NCBI RefSeq assembly: GCF_009914755.1
Contig: NC_060926.1
DNA from: the human T2T-CHM13v2.0 reference genome, Homo sapiens
Direction: 5' to 3' (one strand)
Length of the DNA: 64,000 nucleotides
In this document: piece after piece, positions 25,395 to 41,713 of the stretch
Layout of the letters: each line of letters begins with the position of its first letter
How positions within the stretch are numbered: the first letter of the stretch is position 1
Position numbers and translations under genes: made by a program
Notes under the pieces: model-generated
Databases searched by the model: none
Told to the model about the DNA's origin: nothing
What the model saw: only the letters and a program-made list of their open reading frames with translations

Positions 25395-26863
25395 CTAAAA
25401 TGAGAGGAAAAACATTTCAGACTCTACCTGACAGATTATGGGTCCACAGTACTTAGAATCTCACCTTAAAAGCAGAGAATGGAAGTGTGAAAGATACAGA
25501 CTGTGGAATTCACATTATTAACCACTACTGACATTTCTTGATCTCAAATATGCAGGGGTGTCTAGGCCATTAACTGCTGCCCTGGGGTAGGGACCCTGCC
25601 CAGCTGCACATGGGTGGGAACAGCACCTCCAGTGGCTGCCAAGCAGTGCTGCCCAGCTTAACCTTCGACAGGACTCAGCAGTTCTCATCACACACCTAGG
25701 TCCCAACTCCAGAATCGGATTTGACTGACTGGGTAAGGGAGCCTGGCAGTGTTTTGTATCTTAAAGCTCCTTGAGTGTTTCCCACATGCAGCCAGGGTTA
25801 ACAATAGCTAGAACAGAGGGATATTTTGCATTTCAATCTAATTAGATTTGGAAAATCCCTGAAAGTGGCTATTCCTGGATTGTGGAGCACATGTCCTTTG
25901 CATCAAGTACAGGTACGGTTTAATGTTAATGTAAATGACAGTATCCTGCATAGCATCATAGTTTCACCCATTCTATTTTAGGTGAGGGGATATGGAGGAG
26001 ATGGGGCAGTGATCTACAAATGGGAAGAGACATCTAAGGGACAGTCCTATTGCCAAGGAAAAACCATTTGGGGAAGCCTACTGCCCCAAAGAACAATTCT
26101 GGTCTAGGCTGCAGCACTGTCACCTTAGGCAGCTGCAAGCTCTCTCCCCTTCAGGCCCTTGTTTGTAAAGGCAAGGCAGAGAACCATACTCAACGTGTGA
26201 GAGAGCACTCCGCAAATGCCACGGCTGCGCATGGGCGTTTAAGATCACCACGGGGCTCCCAAATCATGGACCAAGCAAGTTCAGGAGATGCGGTGCAGAT
26301 GGCTGCACATGGTAGGAAATGCTTCCTGGGCTGCTGTCCTAAAGGCAGAATTCAGCCTGGCCCTTCTCTGGGCCCCAGTTACCCTCTCAGTGGCTCACAG
26401 GTCAGTATCCGTAACAAACATGTTTTTTCTTCTTCAAAGACTTCTGCTGGTATCTGCAAAAAGCCTAGCGATCTTCTAGGATACAAACTGTTAAATAGCA
26501 AGAGGAAACAGTGCACAGGGGAAGAGCTGAGGACTGAAGATGGGTGGGGGCACCTGGCCTTAAGAGTGCCACTTCAGGAAGCAGCTCACAGTGTAAGTAC
26601 TATGAAAAGCCAACAAAGTACCTCTCCCATGACCAGGTGACTGGGTGTCTGGTGTGGCTTCCGGCCATCCCAGTCATAAATCCATCCTGTTTCAACAAGA
26701 TTAAGATTACAATCACCACGTCTGCAATGGCAGGTCCCAGAAGACCAAGTAGCTACCAGCAACTTCTGGTACTGCACAACACAGTACAGACAATGTGAAA
26801 CAATCTCTAAGTCTAAAGAAGGACAATATGAGCAGCACAGGAACTGCCATCTCTCATTCTCTC

Positions 26864-27125
26864 TTTTTTTTTTTAAGAGACAGGGTCTCCCTCTGTTGCC
26901 CAGGCTGGAGGGCAGTGGTGCAATCACTCGCTGGGCTCAAGTGATCCTCCCACCTCAGCCTCCTGAGTAGCTAGAACTACAGGTGTCACCAAGTCCAGGT
27001 AAATAAAAAAAAAATTTTTTTTGTACAGATGGGGTGTTGCCCAGGCTGGTCCTTAAACAATTAGCCTCAAGCAGTCCTCCCACCTCAGCCTCCCAAAGTG
27101 CTGAGATTACAGGCGTAATGTGGCC
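26864..27125 (-). mobile_element. AluJ-like element
   Basis: agagacagggtctc...gggctcaagtgatcctcccacctcagcc. Confidence 0.85.
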
Positions 27126-27872
27126 TCATTCTTGTTTTCAAAGTTCCATATACAGAGTAGTAATCTTACATTCACTGAACTGCTAGAGTAACAGGAGAAA
27201 GCACAATGGACAGAATGACAGATCCCAGGAAACGCGTTTGGTAACGATGAGGCAAGCTGCCCTGGCACTATGCCTACACTCAATGCGATGTCCTACGTAG
27301 GATGTGCACATTCAAATACCTGTCAGTTCAACAAAGGCCAATCACAGAGTCCCATCTCTGAGATCGAGCATCACACAAGGGTAAATCCATGCCGCCTCTG
27401 TTCTGGAAACTTTGGTACAAGTTCAAAAGGATCACCACTGATGAAGCTGGTTGGGACTCAGCCCCACCAGCCCCACAGGCTTCGTCCTTCCCAGTCTGCT
27501 TTATCCATTTCACCGGAACTCTTTTTTGTTTTTAAGAGAAAAGGTCCTGCTATGTTGCCCAGACTGGAGTGCAGTGGCTATTCACAGACATGGTGGCGCA
27601 TTATAGCTTCAAGCTCCTGGACTCAAATGATCCTCCTGCCTCAGCCTCCAAGTGGCTGGGACTACAGGCGCATGCCACCAATACATACTCTATCCACATC
27701 CATTTCTTAGAAAGTCTGCGCTACTCTAGACACAATAGAAAGCTGTCTGTTTCACAGCAGGTTCTCCCCGTTGCCCAGTTTTCAAAGTTCAAACAAACTG
27801 CCCAAAGTTCATTCTCTTTCCCCTTCCCTCAGTTTCCCCCCCACCCTCATAATTACAATGCTTAGCAAGTAG

Positions 27873-28171
<299 letters not shown>

Positions 28172-29044
28172 AAGTAGTGGCATTTTAAGTCTCAGCCTAC
28201 CAAGCCAATCTGCCTGTCCCTTGGTACCAGCCCTCATTAGGACTGGCCTCCTGCCCTTACACACTTCCAACTTTTGCTTTGTGCTGCTTTATTTCTCTTC
28301 TCTGTTTTCTGCCAACCAGAAAACTGTTTTCCTACTGTTGGACAAGCTGTTCAACAGTGTCTTCAGATCTTAGCTAGTTTTGTTGATATTTTCTGTTCTT
28401 TCTCCAGAGAGAGAGAGAGAGACTGGGTGAGACTGAGACATCCTACTACTTGTGTGTTTAAGGCTAATCTGGCTGCTAAAGGCAGCTGGAAGCTGCTTGG
28501 TCTTCAGCTCCTCTTGCATGTCAGTAAAAGCAAGACACAGCTGGTCTCAATAAACAGACTATCCACAAGTGATGTTTGCAAAGTTAAGGTTGGGAGGTGG
28601 AAGCTCCATCTCCTGACCATCCAAAGACTGGTGGATGCCTAAATCCAACATATTAATACAATGAGTGCTACAGAGATAACCAAAGGTACAATGCTAGAAC
28701 AGTTACTTTTGGTTATCAGAGGCCTGCACTTGATCAAGTTCTAGGCACACAGTACTGACATTTAAATTTAAATGCTATATGTAAACTTCCCATCTGTTCA
28801 GCTGCCTTCCTTGTAAAATAAAAATAAAACTTGTCTTAATCTTCTCAGAAAAATTCACTGCTACATAGCTACCTTCAATGTAAGAAAGTAGAAAAAAATA
28901 ATGCACAAAGATTTACATACTTTTGTTAAGAAATACTGGAAAGAATCAAGAAATAGGATGAAGGGGACAGGGATGAAAGCATGACATCTCTAAATGTCTT
29001 TTTACTCAATTTAGATTTTGAAGCATGCAACAGGGAGTTTTTCA

Positions 29045-29705
29045 TGTTTTTTATTGTGGTAAAATATACATGACATTTACCATCTTAACCATTTTTAAGT
29101 GTACAGTTCAGCAGCATTAAATATATTCACACTGTTGTGTTATCAGCACCACCATCCATCCCCAGGACTTTTTCTACCTTCCCAGACTGAGATTGTTCCC
29201 ATTAAACACTAACCCCACGATTCATTCCCCAGAATTCATACCCCACACCCCCCAATAACCACCATTCTACTTTCTGTGAACTTGACTGGTACCTCCTATG
29301 AGTGAAATTCTAGTGTTTGTCTTTTTGCATCTGGCTTCTTTTACTTAGCATAAAGTCCTCAGGTTCATCCATTTTGTAGCATGGGTCAGAATTTCCTTCC
29401 TTTTTGAGGTTAAATAATATTCTGTTATATAGACATCTCACGTTGCTTATCTATTCATCTGTCAATGAACATTTGGGTTGCTTCCCCCTTTTCCCCATGG
29501 TGAATAATGCTGCTGTGAACACAGGTATGCAAATATCTGTTCGTGTCCCTGCTTTGAGTTCTTTTGGGTATATACGCAGAGGTGGAACTGCAGATCACAT
29601 GCTAACTCTGTGTTTAATGTCTGAGGAACTGCCATACTGTTTTCCATAGTGGCTACACCATTTCACATTCCCACCAGCCATGCACAGGGGTTCTCATTTT
29701 CTCCC
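29045..29705 (-). mobile_element. Old L1 (L1M-type) 3' end
   Basis: tttaccatcttaaccatttttaagtgtacagttcag ... gttttccatagtggctacaccatttcacattcccaccagc typical of L1MB/L1M 3' ends. Confidence 0.8.
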
Positions 29706-29887
29706 TGTAATTTATAAAGGGAAAAAAGCCCTTTATAAATTGGATAAACTGAAAACAATAAACTGAATAAAAATAAATGGAAAACTAATAATATTAATAA
29801 CCAAAGTGGCAAAATAACCACAGTAAAAACAGTTATTTCACTTTTGCGCACAGTGCCAACAGTACTGCTTTAGTGAGGTATATCTAA

Positions 29888-30250
<363 letters not shown>

Positions 30251-30534
30251 TGAAACTGTTTTAACAAATAAATATACTGTTGTTAAGAACCAAGATTTCT
30301 AGCATTAAGAGAAACGAGCTACAAATATTAAACCAAAGAAGAGAAAACTCTGTAACGTTAAATATGAGTAAGAAATAGCACTCCAAGCTTGCGATTTAAA
30401 ATGTGTTGTGTTTCCTAGCTTTGCATGTCTTGAGTGGACATAGAACTAATGACACTCCAACTGAACTGAGCACCCGAGAACATGGATTTGGGCTTTTTAA
30501 AAAAATTTATTCCCTACACTGATGTAAATCAATT

Positions 30535-30845
30535 ATTATTATTTTTTTTTAAGCAAAAGTCTTGCTCTGTTACTCAAGCTTGAAAGCAATGGTATGATCT
30601 CTGCTCACTACAACCTCTGCCTCCCAGGCTCAAGCAATCCTCCCACCTCAGCCTCCTGAGTAGGACCACAAGTGTGTGCCACCCCACCTGGCTAATTTCT
30701 CTTTTTTATTTTTTGGTATTTCTTGTAGAGATGGGGTTTCACCACAGTTGCCAAATTGGTCTTGAACTCCTAGGCTCAAGAGATTCACCCACTTCAGCCT
30801 CCCGAAGTGCTGGGATTACAGATGTGAGCCACTGCACCCAGCCTG
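30535..30845 (-). mobile_element. AluJ-like element
   Basis: Diverged Alu dimer. Confidence 0.85.
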
Positions 30846-31641
30846 GATTTTGGCTCTTAAACATTAATACACACATATGAAAAGGACACAGGAACCAGCC
30901 AGCAGGAGTTTCCACTGGCCATATCTGAAATCAAGTGAGCAGCAGAAAACCCCATGACTGTGACTACAACACAATGAATAGTCAGTTGGCACACAGTGAT
31001 TCACAAAGGAAGGATGGAGGGAAAGAAGCAGAGGAGTGAAAGGAAAACACTGATTTCCACAACTATAGGTGACTATCTTCCTTTCAAATGGATAAAGGAC
31101 AGAATGAAACATTGACCCTGCTTTTTTAGAAGAATCTATGATGTTCTCTTATTGATGATAAGAAGTTTCTTTACAGAATGCCCGCTAATACATGTGAAAA
31201 GAATCACAGAATATGGAAATCATCTTTGACATCCCTGATGAAATAATGATTTAGGGATGCTAAGACCATTAGGTGAAAGGCTGACAGGAAACAGAATATT
31301 CACAAGGTACCAGTGAACCTCCCCAGATTACCTGCTGATGACGCAAGGCAACAGGAGCATCCGGCTGTCACCACCGGAGCCAAGTGCTGGGATTTGGCAA
31401 CTTAATTAAGGGTCACATTATGTGCCTACTGAAGTGAAGGACTACTGAGTATACAGCATCCCCCATAAAACATTGCTAAAAACATCTCATCTGAATCTAA
31501 AGAAGGTCTTACACCTAACTTCCAGTTTATAGGAAATATACAGAAATAACACCGTAAAAAAATACGCAGGTTCAGAATATTGGTGACTCTGTACAACTGC
31601 TGGCCTATAACATGGTTCAAAGCCTGGTAAGAAATGAGTCT

Positions 31642-31950
31642 CGGCAGGGTGCAGTGGCTCACACCTGTATTCCCTGCACTCTGGGAGGCCAAGGCAGAAG
31701 GATCACTTAGCTCAGCCTGGAAAACACAGACAGAGACCCTGTCTCTACCAAAAAATAAAAAAATAGCCAGGCACAGTGGCACATGCCTGTGGTCCCAGCT
31801 ACTTGGGAGGCTGAGGCTGGAGGATCGCTTCAACCTCAGAGGTCAAGGCTGCGGTGAGCTGTGATCGTGCCACTGCACTCCAGGCAACAGATCAAGATTC
31901 TCTCTCTCAAAAAAAAAAAAGAAAGAAAGAAAAAGAAAAAGAAAAAGAAA
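31642..31950 (+). mobile_element. AluJ-like element
   Basis: Alu with A-rich and GAAA tail. Confidence 0.85.
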
Positions 31951-33321
31951 TGCCAAGTCCACGGCAGACATGGATGCTGACTAGACCCTGGTTTGAAACA
32001 AAGATACTTTGGGGATAACTCGGGAAATAAAAATATAGACAGGGTATTAGATAACTTAACCTAAGGAAATATTATTGTCTTAGGTGTGAAAATTCTCACT
32101 AATTATGTCAAGAACGTCCTTATCTTCAGGAGATGCATGCTTAAGTATTTAGGCTGTTATGTCATCATATCTGCAACTTTTAAACAGCTCAGCCTGACAC
32201 ACATCTATACAGACTAAACATGACACAATGTTCACTGCTAGTAGATTTGGAAATGTTTTACTATTGTCAAGTTTCTTCTGTATGTCTGAAAAATTTAATG
32301 ATAAAAGCTGAGAGTGGGGCAGCCAGCCCTGGCCTCAGGCAGGAGAACAGACCACGACAGGGCTCTGCTGCTCAGGGGCAGCGACCCACGCTGCTGGTCT
32401 CTTAGCCTCAGCCCTTCTCTGAGATGAAGGAGTCACCCAAAACCCACACTGTCAAATGATTTCTCTAAGGCATGTAAACACTTCTCTGAATCAGGTAAGG
32501 ACTGGGATATAGGAAGCAACTGCAACACAACTGGCCTTACTTTCAGCCATCGGACTGTCAGTATCCAATTATTTTCAAGGAGTTCAGGCAAAAGCAGAAT
32601 GAATGTAAAACTTACAAGAAAGGGGAGAAGAGGTGATGCTTACGCTCATGTTAGAGTCACATTCTCAGGCATGACTGTCCACAGTAGTTACCAGGACAGT
32701 AGTTACGGTGGCAAAAACTGGGCCAACAGCACTGCTTGAGGCCTGAAACCAGGCCTATAATCCCATCACTGCTCATGTAAACTGCAGCGACCGTGAATGA
32801 AACTGCTTCTTACTAATCCAAGAGCTTTTTGAACAAACGCTAAGGGTTCCAACTACTCTCCAGAAACCTCCCTGTACCACTGACTAGATTCAGCCTGGAG
32901 CAATAAAAAAGGCTTCCCCAAATGAACAACAGAAGAGAAACTACACTTCAAAGGATAGGTAAGTGCAGTCTTATACTAAGAGATGACATCTCTCTTATCT
33001 CTGGCAGAAAATAAAATTTTAATAGTCAAACTGTACAACAAACCAGAAAATACTCCTGGTCTAATTCATAATGCAATGTCCTTGAAGTGGAATTCTAAAG
33101 AAAAGACTTATGCCCTCCTTTAGCTGCCTTGGATAGAAGCAGATAATAAAACCAGAGCAGACATATGGTTTTCAAAGATTTAAAGAGAGAGTGAAATGAA
33201 ACTGCAAAAGACAGAGCCAAGTAAGACATGGTCCTCTGTGCCAGTTGTTCCCAAGAAGTCCAAAGACATTACTTAACCCGTCTTAACTACTTCAGATTTT
33301 CTCTCTGGAGAATTCACCTAA

Positions 33322-33603
<282 letters not shown>

Positions 33604-33805
33604 TAGGGAGGCAAGTTTCCTTCCACGTGGACACATGTGAAATCTACAACTGTCATCCACCTATGTCACCAGTGTTAGATCTCAGACAGAGCCTCGTCAC
33701 ACTGAAGACTACGTAACAGGGGAAGTTCTACTCCTTGAAGGTCTCGGGACCCTTCTACAGCTAACAGCCCTCCTTCCCATGAGCTCCTCTCAGTCCCTTG
33801 GTTAC

Positions 33806-33927
33806 CTGACGTTTCCTCCAGCCTTCTGTATCCTCATCCGCTCTTCATACTGAGTTGGATTATGCTCTTTGCTGAGGCTTAAGGCTGCATGTTTTTGACT
33901 CTCCTCATTATAACGACACAAGATTGC
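33806..33927 (-). CDS. ILKAP: ILKAP exon 9
   Basis: AILCRYNEESQKHAALSLSKEHNPTQYEERMRIQKAGGNV; 122 nt. Confidence 0.95.
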
Positions 33928-35393
33928 CTGGGAAGATGGAGATTGTAATAGTCATGAAATTCAGTGGGCGCAGCATCTAAAGGTACCAGTTGAAAAAAAC
34001 AGTTAACAATGGAGTTTGAAGAAAACAGTTAACAATGGAGTTTCACATTCAGCCTCCTGCTGATAAACGTAAGTTCAGAGAATCAAGCAGCAAAGAAGTG
34101 TCAAAGACACAACAGTTAGGGAGAGAGTCGCCCCTGGTTTTGATATCAACTCTGGTACAAACTCTGCTGAATAACTACAGACAAGTGCTCACTCTGGCTG
34201 TTGTCACATTTGTGACATGAAAGGAAGCACTCAACAAGTATCAAGGTCCCTTTTGGCCTGGAGTCTAGAAGGCCAGAGACATGTCCATGAGCCTATGGAA
34301 GGCAAAGAGGAGGGCAAGCGTTGTGCATGCTGGCCGAGTGCCAGGTAGGCCGTCCACACCAGTGCCTCCAGGTGTTCTCGCCCCTGCCAGGTTCATTGTG
34401 TCTGTTTTACAGGAAGACACTGAGGCACGAAGAATAAGTAACTCAATAAAGTCACAGAGCAGAGCCAGGATTCAAATTTGGGTCTGACTCCTGTCTTTGT
34501 TTTTTTGCCAATTTTCCTCTTGCTATTTCTGAAGTCATGTGGTCTAAACACATGTGGGCTAAGGCCAGTCTACTAAAGGGCCACCAGAATGTAAACTCCA
34601 CCAGGCAGGGGCTGTCATCTGTTATAGTCTCTGCCATACCCCTAGCACTTAGTATTTGATGAATCATCCCCCCAGAAGCATCGTGGGGAGGGGTCTAAAG
34701 ATGCTGCTTAAGTGTGGACAGTCACTTGATTCCTGTGACTGCCTAGGGAGCAAGGAGGCCGGGTGAAAAAGCGGCAACGGAACGGAACACATGGTCCTGA
34801 TGCAGAGGAGGCAGGGTCTGCATCCAGCTTTCCGCAGCAGCACCCTCTAGGCTTTACAGCATCCCCACGACTGTCACCAGGGGGAACAACACCCTGGGCT
34901 TTCTCCCTCAGCCAGGGACCGGGCTCGGGTGATGAATGGCACCTCATCTGGTATTTTCTAGCTACAGCTCTCAAGTTACTCTGAAATCACAGTAACTTTG
35001 ATAGGCAGGGGTTAAAGCTTTTCATTCATTACTGTCTAAGGTCAGAGAAAGGAAATAAAAGAAGATTTAGGCTACTTGCATACTGATTACATTCTGATCC
35101 ACAGCATCACACACACAAACCACGGGAGGAAAAAAGAAACAAAAAAGACGGGATCTGGGTTTTAAAGCACAAGTCTATCATAGGGCGTAAGTTCCCCAGA
35201 GAACAAACAGCCTCTAGCTGAGTTGCTGTTCCCTTACCCAGAAGTTAAACTGCAGCAGAACACTCTGCAGCAACCCCAGAAGAAAGGTTTCAACCAGACA
35301 CCATCACTTTAATCTTATTCAACAAGTACGTGCTAAAGTCTTTTCCCCATAAAACGTATTGTCATCTAAGTGGGTGGCTCCAGAGCCACATAC

Positions 35394-35481
35394 CCGACTA
35401 TCTCCGAGGTTGGCAATATAAAGAATGTTGTCTACAGCCAGAACACACGTGGCAGTGGACCCATCTTTCCAGGCAGGCTTC
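35394..35481 (-). CDS. ILKAP: ILKAP exon 8
   Basis: KPAWKDGSTATCVLAVDNILYIANLGDSR; GSTA and NLGDSR motifs; 88 nt. Confidence 0.95.
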
Positions 35482-35643
35482 CTGGGGGGAAACACATCAG
35501 AAACACAGTCACCACCAATAGCCCAGCACTTTGAGACTAATTTCCAGAGCTCAATGGGAAGTATCTTATATTTCAAAATGAACCATTTCCTTGATACTTG
35601 CTTTTTTTCTGTTTTAGATTTAGCTAACGGTTATAAAAGCTGA

Positions 35644-36226
<583 letters not shown>

Positions 36227-36299
36227 CATTTTGTTTTTGTAATTTCTGCACATCAATTGATTTTCAAGCATGATTAAGAACAATCCCTATTTCTTTCCT

Positions 36300-36593
36300 T
36301 TTTTAAATTTTTTTTTCTGAGACTGGGTCTCACTCTGTCACCCAGGCTGCAGTGCAATGGTGCAACTGTGGTTCACTGCAGCCTGAACCTCCTGGGGCTC
36401 AGAAAATCCTCCCACCACAGCCTCCTGAGCAGCTGGGACCACAGGCACATACCACCATGTCCAGTTAGGTTTGTTTTTTTTTTTTATAGAGATAGAGTCT
36501 CCCTATGTTGCCAGGCTGGTCTCAAACTCCTGGGCTTGAGTGATCTTCTGGCCTTGGCCTCCCAAAGTGCTGTGTGAGCCACCGTGCCCAGCC
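36300..36593 (-). mobile_element. AluJ-like element in ILKAP intron 6
   Basis: Diverged dimer. Confidence 0.85.
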
Positions 36594-36921
36594 AGAACAA
36601 TCTCTGTTTCTTTCCTCACATATAACACAGTGCTATTTGAAGTTGGTTTACTAGTTTTCCAGTAAAGGCAAGACACTAACTGAACCCAAAGACGATTGAC
36701 AAAAGGTGCCTATCACTTAGAATCATGAGAAGTGCCATTCTAAGTCACACCTGCATGGCCGCTACTCCTGGAAGCCTTGGCATCCACTCCTCAGCACCAC
36801 TCTTTTAAGACTCATCAATGATTCTCTGCTAAAGCCAAAATAACACATCTGACTGCTTCACACAGCCAACCAAACAGCAATAACCAATTTGAGTATCAAC
36901 TGATTTAGTTCTCAGTCTCAC

Positions 36922-37028
36922 CTTTAGGAAATTTTCTGATTAAGTTTTGATGCAAATTCTGTGCAGCAAATTTTGAGGCTCGAATTCCTCCATGTCCATC
37001 AAAAACAGCAAAATATGAAACCCGAGTA
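36922..37028 (-). CDS. ILKAP: ILKAP exon 6
   Basis: TRVSYFAVFDGHGGIRASKFAAQNLHQNLIRKFPK; catalytic DGHGG motif; 107 nt. Confidence 0.95.
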
Positions 37029-37262
37029 CTGAAAGAACGAATTGAGAGTTAATCAAATTCTCACAGCAAAAACCACACTTTTCCATTAAAGCTTTTAAAT
37101 TTCGTCTCAAAGAGTGAACATTAATAAGTCAGAGGAAGTCACACTGGTTAAGACACCAGTCACACTGTTACAAATGGGAAAAAAAAGGCTTTAACTGAGA
37201 CAAATATTTAAGTAACTTTCACAGCATTTTATCTTTTTTTAAAAAAAAAATACTTGTGTGTG

Positions 37263-37615
<353 letters not shown>

Positions 37616-37831
37616 CTAAAGGTCTAATATTCTAAAAGAGATGTAACACTTTTCCCAGTATTTTACATTAAATGTTTAAAACTCACATTTGCTTCAAAGA
37701 TCAAGATCTGTTAATTCTGATTTTTCACTGACAACAAAACTAAAATTCAGAACTCCGTTCCTATTTAAATCGGATTTGGTTTTAAACATTAACAAACAGA
37801 TCAAGTTATTTATCGAAAACAGTAAAAAATA

Positions 37832-38289
37832 CAGTCATGCATCACTTAACAGAAATGCATTGTTAGGTGACTTTGTTGTGTGAACATCATAGAACATATT
37901 TACAGAAACTAACACGGCGCAGCTTACTACACACCTAAGCTACATACATGGTAGAGCCTATTGCTCCTAGGCTAAACTGCACAGCATGTTACTGCACTAA
38001 ATACCATAGGCAGTTGTAACACACTGGTAGTATTTGTGTATTTAAACATACCTAAACATAGAAAAGGTACAGTAAACATGGTATTATGGCTGAACACGAC
38101 AGCTCACGCCTGTTAATCCCAACACTTCGGGAGGTGGCCAAGGCAGGAGGATCACTTGAGGCCAGGAGTTCAAGACCAGCCTGGGCAACATAGCGAGACC
38201 CCCATCTCTACAAAATTTGTAATCTTATGGGAGCACCGTCATATATGCAGTCCATCACTGACTTGATGTTGTTATTCAGCACATGACTG
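37832..38289. mobile_element. Tigger3-like (MER7) TcMar element interrupted by an Alu left monomer
   Basis: Terminal inverted ends cagtcatg ... catgactg, TA on the left; internal cctattgctcctaggcta; Alu monomer at about 38087-38215. Confidence 0.75.
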
Positions 38290-38711
38290 CATAAGAGCAG
38301 GGAGGATATTACAGAATTGTTACTCAAATAAATTTTAAATATCTCATTTTTAAAACCTATCTTACTACTCTTATTCCCATTCCCCTTTCAAATTTTGCCA
38401 GAAAACCCACATATATGGAATAAAAGACATCAAATAAACTATTTCAAGGAAAAAAAAAAAACAAAAATGCCCACGAGAAATGACATTTATTCTAGAGAGC
38501 TGCTTTTCTTTCAAGTTTTTTGGAATTCCTTTTCAATTTAGGACATCCTGAGCCATGAGAAAAAAAACCTCATCTGGTTTATAACTCAGAGCTGTTCTTA
38601 CTGCCTGTTATTTGCAAGGCATGATGTAGTGTTCCCAATTAAATTTACACTCAATGGATCTGCCTTCTTGGGCTCCAGAGGTCCCTTTCCTGGTTTTAAT
38701 GCAAATCCCAG

Positions 38712-38995
38712 GCTGGGTATGGTGGCTCATGCGAGTAATCCTGGCACTTTGGGAGACCAAGGTGGGAAGATGGCTTGAGCCCAGGACTCTGAGACAAGCC
38801 TGAGCAACTTAAGGAGACACTGTCTCTACAAAAAATTCAAAAAATTAGCCGGCTGTGGTGGCACATGCCTATGGTCCCAGCTACTCAGGACGCTGAGGTG
38901 GGAGGACTGCTTGAGCCTAGGAGGTCAAGCCTGCAATGAACTATGATTGTGCCACTGTACTCCAGCCTGAGCAAGACAGCAAGACCCTGTCTCAA
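38712..38995 (+). mobile_element. AluJ-like element
   Basis: Diverged dimer lacking a long tail. Confidence 0.85.
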
Positions 38996-39534
38996 TGGGT
39001 GTGTATCTCGTCCCCTCTACATATGATCAGCTGCTCTGCAGCAGCCATCACCTCATCTCCATGAGCAGACCTCATCTACTGGACAAACGCCATCAGCCCA
39101 AACGGCTCCAGCACACTGTATGTTAATGACCAACTGGTGTCAGTAAAGGTACGTAATGTATTTATTATGTAATTCTGAATTATGTAACCTATGTAATATG
39201 TACTATAATGTATGTTTACAGCCAACTTAATGTCCTACCTTCTGGTTTTTTTCCAGGCCCAAGAGCTTATCCAGAAGGCTTCATTTTAGTTTGTATAGTT
39301 GCAGCTAATTTTTCATTGTCTGTCTTTTCCTTGACATCATTTTGACTTTTGTTCTTCCTGGGCCCTGATTATCTGTACTAGCTCTGCTTGATCACCATTC
39401 ATACTTTAATTAGTGGCTTCCAACTCTTATCTTCTAGGTCATGGATTAAAAATATTCTCTGCCAGAAGCCGCTCAGTTGCTGGTAAGGAGTAACACACGC
39501 TGCAGAGCCATGCTATGAAGCGTCATCTCCCGCT

Positions 39535-39755
39535 CAGCAGGGCTGCTCAACCGCGACACTACTGACATTCCAGGCTGAACAATTCTTTGTTGTGGGGCTG
39601 CCCTGTGCTTCTAAGATGTTTACCAGCATCCCTAGTCTCTACCCACCAGATGCCAGTAACAACTCCCTCCCGCAGTTGTGACAAAAATGTACCCAAACAC
39701 TGACAAATGTCCCCTGGGCGGGGAGCAAAATCAACCCCAGCTGAGAATCACTGAT
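39535..39755. mobile_element. MER20-like hAT element
   Basis: ctgacatt...aattctttgttgtggggctgccctgtgc...tctacccaccagatgccagta...gagaatcactg. Confidence 0.75.
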
Positions 39756-39871
39756 GTACAATCAAGTGATGTGTTAGATTTTCTAGTAAATACAAACTAG
39801 CCAGTCCAAAATGCCAGTCAGAACCCAGGAGATGTTAATGCCAGCCGGGCTTCCTACCACATGAGACTCAC

Positions 39872-39998
39872 ATGAGGGACGATGGGGGCCTACACTCCTC
39901 GGTGATGTCGTTCAGGATGACGTGGGCATCCTGCATCTCCTCCCTCTCACCCTTCCGCTCAGCCACATAGCCCTTCAGACCAAAGATCACCGAAGAGG
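39872..39998 (-). CDS. ILKAP: ILKAP exon 5
   Basis: SSVIFGLKGYVAERKGEREEMQDAHVILNDITEECRPPSSL; PP2C RxxMQD motif; 127 nt. Confidence 0.95.
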
Positions 39999-40776
39999 CT
40001 AAGGAAAAGAGAACAAAAGAGCCAATACAAAACTGTGCCCAACCCTCTGGAAACCCTAGTCCCAGAGCAAATGAGAGGGAACTATGACTGTCTGACTCAG
40101 CAATATCCTAATGGCGCAAACAAATAAGCAATACCCCTTAAGGCATCTCCCCCAGCTGCAAGTCTATAACTCAAATCGGAGCACTGTTGGACAGGGTGAG
40201 CTCTAAGAGGTTGCACAGGGACACAAAAGAGGAGTCAGTGAGCACAAAACAACTCTGTCTAGGGTGTAAGTCAAAGCATCAGGGCAAGGGATGTGCTGCC
40301 ATCCCAGAGAAGTGAGATTCAAATCAGGCAAAAGGATCATGTGCAAATTAGTCTTGTGATAATTGAATAAGGACAAATGCAAGTCAGGAGAGTTTATCTC
40401 AAAAGCCCTTAAGATGCCCTGAAAATATGTATTTCCATGCTCAAGGCTGGTGAAGAATTTGAACAAACAGTAAGATCAGCTGCTTTTACTTCAACTGAGG
40501 AAGAAAAGGATAAAAGATTCCAATGCAGGCAGAGATCTATTTACATTTAATGGTTAGACTCATTTAAGCTTATTTTCTGATACCTAATGCCAGACAAATA
40601 ATAAAATGAACACTGTGAAGAGCTGTCTTCTGGGAAGTGACAAGCTAAGTTGAAGATGACATCTTCCCAGCAAAGCTACAAGTGGGTTTTTTCACATACC
40701 TCTGCCTGCATCATACAGCTTTCACTGAGGTAATCTGTGACAAAGGACAATGCAGTCAATGAAAATCCCACAGCTC

Positions 40777-41070
<294 letters not shown>

Positions 41071-41593
41071 AAATCCCACAGCTCAAGAATACTTTAGTAC
41101 CACAACTGAAGTATTCTCTTTAGTTAATACTTTTCGTTTTCTTCCTCACTAACTTTGACAAGTTACACAACTGACTACAAATTTCAACGGCTTTTTCCAG
41201 GCTTAGGGAAGCTGCCTACTAAGCTAAATCACGTAATTCAAAGCACTAATTGACAAACTGCAAACAAAGATTGGAAGTCAGAGAGAGACTAGGTGGTCAA
41301 AAAACTAACCATTCACTGCAGAAGGCTAAGAAAAAAACCACCTGTATTTTTTAACTCTTGAGGAACAAATGTAGGTTTCCTATCTGATCAAAGGTAGGAT
41401 CAGAGATAGATGTACATGAAAAGTAGGAGAAAGCACAGAGAAACTTGGAAATTCATTTGCAAAAAGGGAACCCTACTTATTTCTTAAATACAGACATAAA
41501 AAGAAAGTATTATTAGAAAGCTGAAACTGGTTTTGCTCTGGGTTGTTTTAAAATATGAAGTCTAATACATTTGTTTTCAAATTGTCTGAAAAC

Positions 41594-41713
41594 CTTTACA
41601 AACTTTCTTTTCCACAAGCTCTTCACTGCCATTCTTCTCTTCCTCGGAGGTTTTTCTCTTTGCTCCTTTCCCTTCAGTCTTTACCATCTGGGATATTGAT
41701 GTGGCAAGAGAAC
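41594..41713 (-). CDS. ILKAP: ILKAP exon 4
   Basis: SLATSISQMVKTEGKGAKRKTSEEEKNGSEELVEKKVCK with NLS-like KRK; 120 nt; weak gttttc donor. Confidence 0.93.
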
